A stretch of DNA of 45,608 nt, taken from Chiloscyllium plagiosum (taxonomy: Eukaryota). Where the stretch lies: contig NC_057750.1 of assembly GCF_004010195.1 (NCBI RefSeq), forward strand, positions 16,322,550 to 16,368,157, written 5' to 3'. Shown here in pieces: positions 38,236 through 45,608 of the stretch. The notes beneath the pieces are model-generated. The model was not told the origin of the DNA and did no database searches. It saw only the letters and a program-made list of their open reading frames with translations. Made by a program: the position numbers and the translations under genes. Position 1 is the first letter of the stretch. Each line of letters begins with the position of its first letter.

Positions 38236-38528
38236 GATCAATAAATTTTTAGATGCTCAGGGAATTATGAGGTATGGAAATAGGATGAGATCATGAAATG
38301 AGAGTCTTGGAGATAAGATCACCATATTCACATTGAAAGGCATGGCAGGTTAGTTTAGCTGCCTATTACTTTTTTAATCATTGACTACATTTGATTGTGG
38401 TTTTTCCCTACTTTCTATGGTCTAAATAACAGTAGCTTGCAATTTTTAAAACTGTCCATTGTTTTGATTTGCATGTGCAAGCCATATAGCTTATACATCA
38501 GAGCTAAGTCAATTGCTGTCCCCACTGT

Positions 38529-38805
38529 GGACGGCACGGTGGCTCAGTGCTTAGCGCCAGGGACCCGGGTTCAATTCCCGCCTCAGGCAATTGTCTGTGT
38601 GGAGTTTGCACATTCTCCCCGTGTCTGCGTGGATTTCTCCGGTTTCCTCCCACAGTCCATAGATGTGCAGGTTAGGTGAATTGGCCGTAGTGTTAGGTGC
38701 ATTAGTCAGGGATAAATGTAGGGGAATGGGTCTGGGTGGGTTGCTCTTTGGTGTGGACTTGTTGGGCCGAAGGGCCTGTTTCCACACTGTAGGGAATCTA
38801 ATCTA
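38529..38805 (+). mobile_element. HE1-type V-SINE (tRNA head, V domain, CR1-derived tail)
   Basis: A-box tggctcagtg, B-box ggttcaattcc, V-domain 'tgtgtggagtttgcacattctccccgtgtctgcgtgg..tttcctcccacagtcc', tail 'gggccgaagggcctgtttccacactgtagggaatctaatcta'. Confidence 0.88.
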
Positions 38806-41438
38806 GTTAATGGTCATTGGTTACGTATCATTAGCTGCAGTCCTTCATTAATTCATCTCTGCCACCTTGCCTTCATAAAGCCACAGCTTTTCTTTTATGT
38901 AGTATTTTCCAAATAATCAGCCATTTCAAAGCACTTTCCAGTTAATGAAGTGTGTCCAGAGAGCACTGCAGATAATCTATGCCCAGCAAGTTCCCACAGA
39001 TGATAAGATAATGAACTGATGATCTGCTTTTATAGTTGATGAATATTGTGCAGGTCTAACTCCCTGGTCAACTGGTGCTGTTGGTATGTTCAGTCAATTA
39101 GGTACATGGGACCTCAGCTTCATCCACAACACCTTCAGGCCACAGCATTCCCTCTGGACTGCACAGTCATCTCAGCTTTGTTGTTTGTGTCCAAGCTCTG
39201 GCCTGAGACTTGAATGCAGAACCTTGTGACCAAGGCTGACCTAAAGGGATCAAACTGCTGACTTTCACTTCAGAGGCTGTCAACTGAGGCATAGCTTGAT
39301 ACATTGTATGGTACTTGTTTACTGCCATTCTAGTTACAGTTGTGTAATTCAGCACAGACTGGATGGATTACCTACGTTTTTGCTGGTCTATCTAGTTTGA
39401 AACCACACTAAAACAAATTAAAGAGTTGCAGATACTAGAGATCTGAAACAGAAGTTCAATTAAAGCATCATTGGCCTCGCGATGTTAACTCCGCTTTCTC
39501 CCCCTAGGTGCTGCCAAACCTGCAGAGTTTCACCAGCAATTTCTGTTTTTTGTGTTGATACTTCACTAACCTCAGGAAACATTTTCAACTTAAGCGTGTT
39601 GGAATCAATATTCAGTACTTGACAGTTTGCCTTGGGAGAGTGAAAGACACAATCCAAGCAAAATTGTTTTTCACCTTCAAATATAAAAGCACATTACTAC
39701 TTTGTGCACTTGCTGAATGCTGCTGATCAATACCTTCAGTTTTGTTTCTAGCTTATTCTTTTTGCACCCTGCTCCGCAACCCCCCCCCACACACTCACAT
39801 ACATGAATGTGACCTTTCAACAGACTTAATCGCAACTTCAAGATTCATTAACAAAATAATTTCTAGCTGATTCCTGCTCCCTTCTTTCCACCACCCTCCT
39901 GTGTCAGTGAAAACGTGATTAACTTCCATTTTCCAATAATTTCGCTATTGTCCATCAGTGGAAGGGTAGAGTGAGTTCTCTCTGTGTTTGACAGCTGGGC
40001 GGCAGGTGCAGGGAGCTGACGACACAAAGGCAATTACTGGAGCATGTTGAGATAGAGAGATAAAACCACTTTTATAGATTTACTCTGTACGTATATTTTA
40101 ACGAGCAGTTCAAATAAAAAATTTGAAAAACAGAATGCTCCTTTGGAGAAGTCAAAATCTTTGCCTCTTTTTCTCCTCCATTCAAACTTTGCAAAGTGCA
40201 GTGCTGAGATTTGTACAATCCCAAAATCAATTCCTGCTTCAGAGTTTCAGACTCTTTAATTATTTTGACTGGTTCAGAGTGCTGACAAAAAGTTTAGAAA
40301 ATGTATGGTAGGAAACATTTACATAATGCCCATTACAGAACCTCTAGTTAATCTTCTCGGTCTTTGTTAACCCAGCAGTTGACCTGGTATGAAGTGAAAG
40401 CCACCTGTTTGATCCCATGAATGAAGCAAAATGAATTTGTGCATGGTCTGTTATTTTAGGCAAAAGAGCTGTGATCAGATTGATAGGTTTCCTGATCATT
40501 GGAAGACATTTTACCAGAGGTGACACTGTAATCTTACCATTTGAAAGTAAATCTGTTTTGGTTTAACTTATTAAATAGAAATATATAAGTGTAATATGCA
40601 TCAATCCAGTTGTGTTAACCTCCCCCCTCTCCCAGGATTTGGTTCCACTTGTGCCGACCTTTATTTCAACACTGTTCACAACAACATCTTTATGTGACTG
40701 TAGGCTCGGGGACAGATCCTTGAGTGGCACTTGCATCTTCTGTCTGTGTTCCAATGAGTATTGAAGTCTTATTTGACCAAATGGAGCATCACAGCCTAGC
40801 TCAATCCTATTATACAGCATTTGTGAGGCAGCGACTGGTGCACTGATTAAGAGCAGGAGCCATAAAGATCTACAACACAAGAAAAGGCCTTTTTGGCCTG
40901 TTGCATCTGTGCCAGCCAAAAACATTCACCTAACTGTTTTAATCCTGTAGTGGTCTGGGTATTATGTAATGGGAGAGGATTAATTAATAACCATAGGCTG
41001 GTTAGGCTGACATCAGGGAGGGGAAAATGCTGGAGTCAATTATTAAGGATGTAATAACATCATTTGGGAAGTGGTGACAGGAGCAGTCCAAGTCAGCATT
41101 GATTCACTAAAGGGAAATCTTGACAAATATTCTGGAATTTTTTGAGGGTGTGATCAATAGTGGATAACGATGAATCAGTAGATTTTATGTATCTAGAACT
41201 TCAAAGGCTTTTGACAAGGGCCTACCTAAGAGTTTAGTAAGCAAAACTAAACGTCATGGTATTGGAGGTAACATACTGACATGGATAGAGAACTGGTTGG
41301 CAGATAGGAAACAGAAAGTTGGAATAAATGGGTCCTTTTCAGAGAGGCAGGCAATGATGAATGGGGTGTCACAGGATTCAGTGCTGGAACCCAGCTGTTC
41401 ACAAAATACATTAACAATTTGGAAGGAGGAATTTAATG

Positions 41439-41657
41439 TTGAAACTTTATTGCTGGAACAGCACAGCAGGTCAGGCAGCATCCAGGGAACAGGAGATTCG
41501 ACGTTTCGGGCACAGGCCCTTCTTCATTCCTGAAGAAGGGCCTGTGCCCGAAACGTCGAATCTCCTGTTCCCTGGATGCTGCCTGACCTGCTGTGCTGTT
41601 CCAGCAATAAAATTTCAACTTTGATCTCCAGCATCTGCAGACCTCACTTTCTCCAGA
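41439..41657 (+). mobile_element. ~220-bp palindromic PLE-derived mini-element with a 12-bp TSD
   Basis: 89-bp inverted arms at 41438-41526 and 41531-41619 (one mismatch, 4-nt spacer), then the family 3' end 'gatctccagcatctgcagacctcactttctcc'. TSD aggaatttaatg at 41427-41438 and 41658-41669. Confidence 0.9.
41526..41561 (+). ncRNA. Minimal type I hammerhead ribozyme-like motif with intact stems
   Basis: AUUC-CUGAAGA-A-GGGC-CUGU-GCCC-GAAA-C-GUC^GAAU: stem I AUUC/GAAU, stem II GGGC/GCCC, palindromic ACGU. Predicted cleavage after 41557. Confidence 0.7.
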
Positions 41658-42699
41658 AGGAATTTAATGCAATATCTCAATTCGCTGATGGCACTAAAAG
41701 CTGGGTGATAGTGTGTGCTGTGAGAAGGATGCTAAGTGGTTGCAGGATGACTTGGACAGACTGGTTGAGTGGGAAAATGCCATATAATGTAGATAACCCA
41801 ACGTGAGGTCATCCACTTTGGTGACAAAAACAGGGTAGCAGATTATTATCTGAATGGTAGCTATTTAGGAAAAGGTGAGGGGCATCAAGACTTTGGTGTC
41901 ATAGTGGAATAAAGCTGAAGGTTGGCATGCAGGTGCAGCAGGCAGTGAGGAAAGCTATTGGAATACTGGCCTTCGTAGAGGATTGGAGTATGGGAATAGA
42001 TCTGGGAAGAATGTTCCTAATGTTGGGGAGGTTTAGGATAAGGGGTAAGCCATTCAAGACCGAGTTTGGGAAGAATTACTTCACTCAGAATTGTGAACCT
42101 GTGGAATTCTCAACCACAGAAAGCTGTTGAGGCTAGTTGTTAAGTATATTGAAGAGGGGGCTGGATGTGACTCTTGCAGCTAAAAGGATCAAGAGGGATG
42201 GAGGCAAAGTGGAACTGGGATACTGAAATTGCATGATTAGCCATGATCATATTGATTGGTCATACATGCTAACAAGGCCAATGGCCTACTCCTGCACTTA
42301 TTTTCTATGTCACCCATTTCCTCGCTGCCTCTATACGCTTTACCTGTAATATGACCATTTCACTATCCACAATCCTATCCACAAAGAGCCTTACAGATAC
42401 TCCACAGTGACTTCAGCTGCAAGGGAAACGTGTTTTGCCCATCTAAGTCTACTGTCTGTTCACTCAGCACTAACCTCTTCATTATGTGTCTGCACCAGCA
42501 AAGGAGCCATGAATAATAATTTCATTTCCGTTTCTTTTAAAAGTCAAGAATAATGTGCTACAACTAGCTAATCCACTCTGATGATTTCTTCCCTTTCTCT
42601 TAAGAGTAACATCTCTTATCCATGATAAGCTGCATCTCGATGGGTAGCATCTTGACTCTAAATTGGAAAGTTGTCTGGTCAGGTCACTTTCCAAAGGAC

Positions 42700-43030
42700 G
42701 AAGCACAAAACTGAGCTGACACTTTCAGTTTAGTATTGTATTGTTGGGAGTGCTGTCTTTCAGAAGAAATGTTAAACCAAGGCTTCATCTAGTCCTGCTG
42801 TTGGTTCTAAAATTTTCCATGGCACTATTTGGAAAAACAGGGATGTTATTCTTGATTACTTGTCCGATCTCCCTTCCTCAAACAACATTCATGGAAAATA
42901 TATAGATTATCTAGTCAGTTATTACCTGTGCAATTTTAATGCGTGCAAACTGGCTGCTGTATTTCCTATATCATAACTATAATTCACTAGCTGAAGGGTA
43001 CTTGACAAGGTGTGAAGGTCACAAAAGGTG
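42700..43030 (+). mobile_element. Deu-domain SINE, decayed
   Basis: 'gtgctgtctttcagaagaaatgttaaaccaaggc..ccatggcactattt..agattatctagtca..gcaaactggctgctgtatttccta'; homologous to 30095-30440. Confidence 0.65.
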
Positions 43031-43499
43031 TTGGAGAATTTTTAGTTTTTCAGATTCATTCTACCCCAATTTGAGCTCCAACTTCTCCCTGCCACAGATC
43101 AGGAATCTCCAGTGCTGGTATCCCCTGTCATTGGTATACATTGGAAAGATTTACAAGTTAGTCCTCTATCTGTTAGGCTATGTGATGAAGTTACCTTTCT
43201 TGGCCATCAGGTACTAGAGGGTTATTGAAACCAGGAATGCTGGTTAACTCGCAGCCGTGCTACTGCTGTACCATAAAACCTCTTCGTAATTTAGTTACTT
43301 TTAAAACATACTCACTTGTGACAAATATATCGGACAGTTTATAAGGACAAAGGGATAATGAAAGTCATTGTATTTACATACTGTCATTTATAATCTTGGC
43401 AAATGAAAATGATTTACAATCAGATCTCATCACTGTTGTAAAGCAAGAAATGTGGGAGTCAATTTGCACACTGCAAGGTCCCATAAATGCCCATTGTGT

Positions 43500-45049
43500 C
43501 AAAGGGATCTTCACAGCAAAAGGCCCTTTGGTCCATCCAATCTATGCTGGTCAAAAATATGCATCTAATTGTTCTAATCCTATTTGCCAATATTTTCCCC
43601 ATAGTTTGTATGCCTTGGGATTGCAAGATTTCTTAAATGTTATGAGGGTTTTGGCCTGTACTCTTTGGGTGAAAAGAAAATGCTCACATCCCTCCAAATC
43701 TCCTGCCCCTTATCTTAAAGTTATGCTCCTGGATATTGATCCCTTCGTGAAGTGGAAAATGTTCTTCCTGTCCACCCTGTCTGTGTCCCTCATAATTTTA
43801 CACATCTCAATCCTGTCCCTCGGAGATCTACCATTCATCATACATTCCCTTACTTTGTTTGACCTGCCTGAGTTCATCACCTCACACTTAGACTGATCAG
43901 TGGCAAATGGAATTCAATTCAGTTATTTAACCAGCCCATCTGTATCCTCCTGTAATCTACGGCTATCCTCCTCACTATTTACCACATAACTGACCCACAA
44001 ACCTAGTGATCAACCCTCTTACTTTCAAGTTTAAATCGATTTAAAGCGATTTCTCCAACACTGATCCCTGTGAAGCTCCACTGGATGCAGGTATCAAGTC
44101 ACAAAAATGCCCTTAGACCATTACCCTTTGTTTCCTGCCAGTCGGCCAATTCTCTTAACAATTTGCTAAATCTCCTTGGTTCCTATGCGCTCTTACCTTC
44201 ACTATCAGTTTCTCAAATGGCACCTTATTAAAAGCCTTGCTGAAGTCAAAGTAAACTACCTCAAAATTATGGCCCTCATCTACACACCTGGTCATCTCAA
44301 AAAATTCAATCAAGTTGGTCAGACATGATCTCGCTTAACAAAACCAAGCTAATGATCATGAGTAATCCCTGCCACTCCAAATGCGGATTAATTCTGTCCC
44401 TTAGAATTGCTTCCAATAGATTTTCACAGTGGTTATTCTGACAGGCCTGTGCTTTCTTGGTTTATCTATTCCTCCTTTCTTGAATAAGGGTACAACATTG
44501 GCTGTCCTCCAATCCTCTGGTAACTCTCCTGTGGTCTGGGGGAGATTGAAAATTATGCCAAAATCCCTGCTATTTCCTTCCTTGCCCCATTCAACAGCCT
44601 GGAATGCACATAGTGTAATAGTCAAGGATGGAAACAAGTTTTTTAGTCCAACTTGTCAATGCCGACCAAGTTTCCCAAACTAAACCACTTGCTTGCATTT
44701 GGCCGATAATCCCTCTAAACCTTTTCTATTCATGAAATTTTCCAAATGTTTAAATGTTGTAACTGTACCTGCATCTACCACTTCATCTGACACTTTGTTA
44801 CAGATACAAATCACCCAGAATGTTGTCCCTCAGGTCCTTTTTAAATTTTTCTCCTCGAACCTTAAAAATACACTCAAGTTTTGAATTCTAGGGAAAAGAC
44901 CTTTGCTATTCATCTTATCTATGTCCCTCATGATTTTATAAACCTCTATAAGGTTAACCTCTATAATATCAACCTCCTATGCTCCAGTGAAAAATGTCTC
45001 AGCCGATCCAGCTTATCCTTATAACTCAAACCCTCCAGCCCTGGCAACA
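43500..45049 (-). mobile_element. Cluster of decayed CR1 fragments
   Basis: Minus strand TGELPEDWRTANVVPLFKKG..RPV (ORF 44401-44637) and CR1 3' UTR-like segments at about 43500-43820 and 44610-45049. Confidence 0.7.
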
Positions 45050-45608
45050 TTAGAACATAGAAGAATACAGCGCAGTACAGGCCCTTTGGCCCTCAATGTT
45101 GCGCCGATCCAAGCTCACCTAACCTACACTAGCCCACTATCCTCCATATGCCTATCCAATTCCTGCTTAAATGCCCATAAAGAGGGAGAGTCCACTACTG
45201 CTACTGGCAGGGCATTCCATGAACTCACGACTCGCTGAGTAAAGAACCTACCCCTAACATCTGTCCTATACCTACCACCCCTTAATTTAAAGCTATGCCC
45301 CCTCGTAATAGCTGACTCCATACGTGGAAAAAGGTTCTCACGGTCAACCCTATCTAAACCCCTAAACATCTTGTACACCTCTATCAAGTCACCCCAAACC
45401 TTCTTTTCTCCAATGAAAACAACCCCAAGTGCCTCAACCTTTCCTCATACGATCTTCCTACCATACCAGGCAACATCCTGGTAAAACTCCTCTGCACCCG
45501 TTCCAGTGCCTCCACATCCTTCCGATAGTATGGCGACCAAAACTGCACACAATACTCCAGATGCGACCGCACCAGAGTCTTATACAACTGCAACATGACC
45601 TCAAGGCT
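45050..45608 (-). mobile_element. Relatively young CR1 3' end, continuing past the window edge
   Basis: [52 protein letters not shown] / IEVYKMFRGLDRVD..FFTQRVVSSWNALP; tail appears as 'tagaacatagaa' on the + strand. Confidence 0.92.

Larger units (their letters stand above)
41010..42310 (+). mobile_element. CR1 LINE RT fragment and 3' UTR, host of the palindromic PLE insert
   Basis: SQH.FTKGK..HGIGGNILTWIENWLADRKQKVGING..GVSQDSVL. After the insert it resumes EFNAISQFADGTK; tail near 42240-42310. Confidence 0.85.

Noticed and set aside
38529..38590. tRNA-like A and B boxes
   Set aside because: Head of a V-SINE, not a tRNA gene: no full cloverleaf, and it continues into the SINE body.
41433..41624. 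Near-identical peptides on both strands, with similar peptides at 26781 and 34957-35461
   Set aside because: A consequence of the palindrome and of a shared non-coding PLE terminus; not proteins.
43396..43896. 166-aa ORF
   Set aside because: Lies across antisense decayed SINE/CR1 3' UTR sequence; no recognisable protein features.

Overview
Eukaryotic genomic DNA. The repeat content (HE1-type V-SINE, Deu-domain SINEs, CR1 LINEs, Penelope-like elements) points to a cartilaginous fish, probably a shark; this is an inference. The only protein-coding gene I can support is the 3' part of TIMM50 on the + strand: three GT-AG exons at 19801-19957, 28001-28107 and 31368-31469 (stop), which join in frame. 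I did not find the preceding exon in the window. The rest is intronic or intergenic and dense in transposon remnants: CR1 LINEs, an RTE LINE flanked by a ~95-bp duplication, an L2 tail, a probable solo LTR and SINEs. There is also a 500-N gap and a 4.1-kb perfect 12-mer tandem repeat. The most interesting signal is a set of short Penelope-derived fold-back elements carrying a minimal hammerhead-ribozyme motif (CUGAnGA-stem II-GAAACGUC). One is a ~220-bp near-perfect palindrome with a 12-bp target-site duplication. All family assignments come from recognising motifs by eye, not from database searches.
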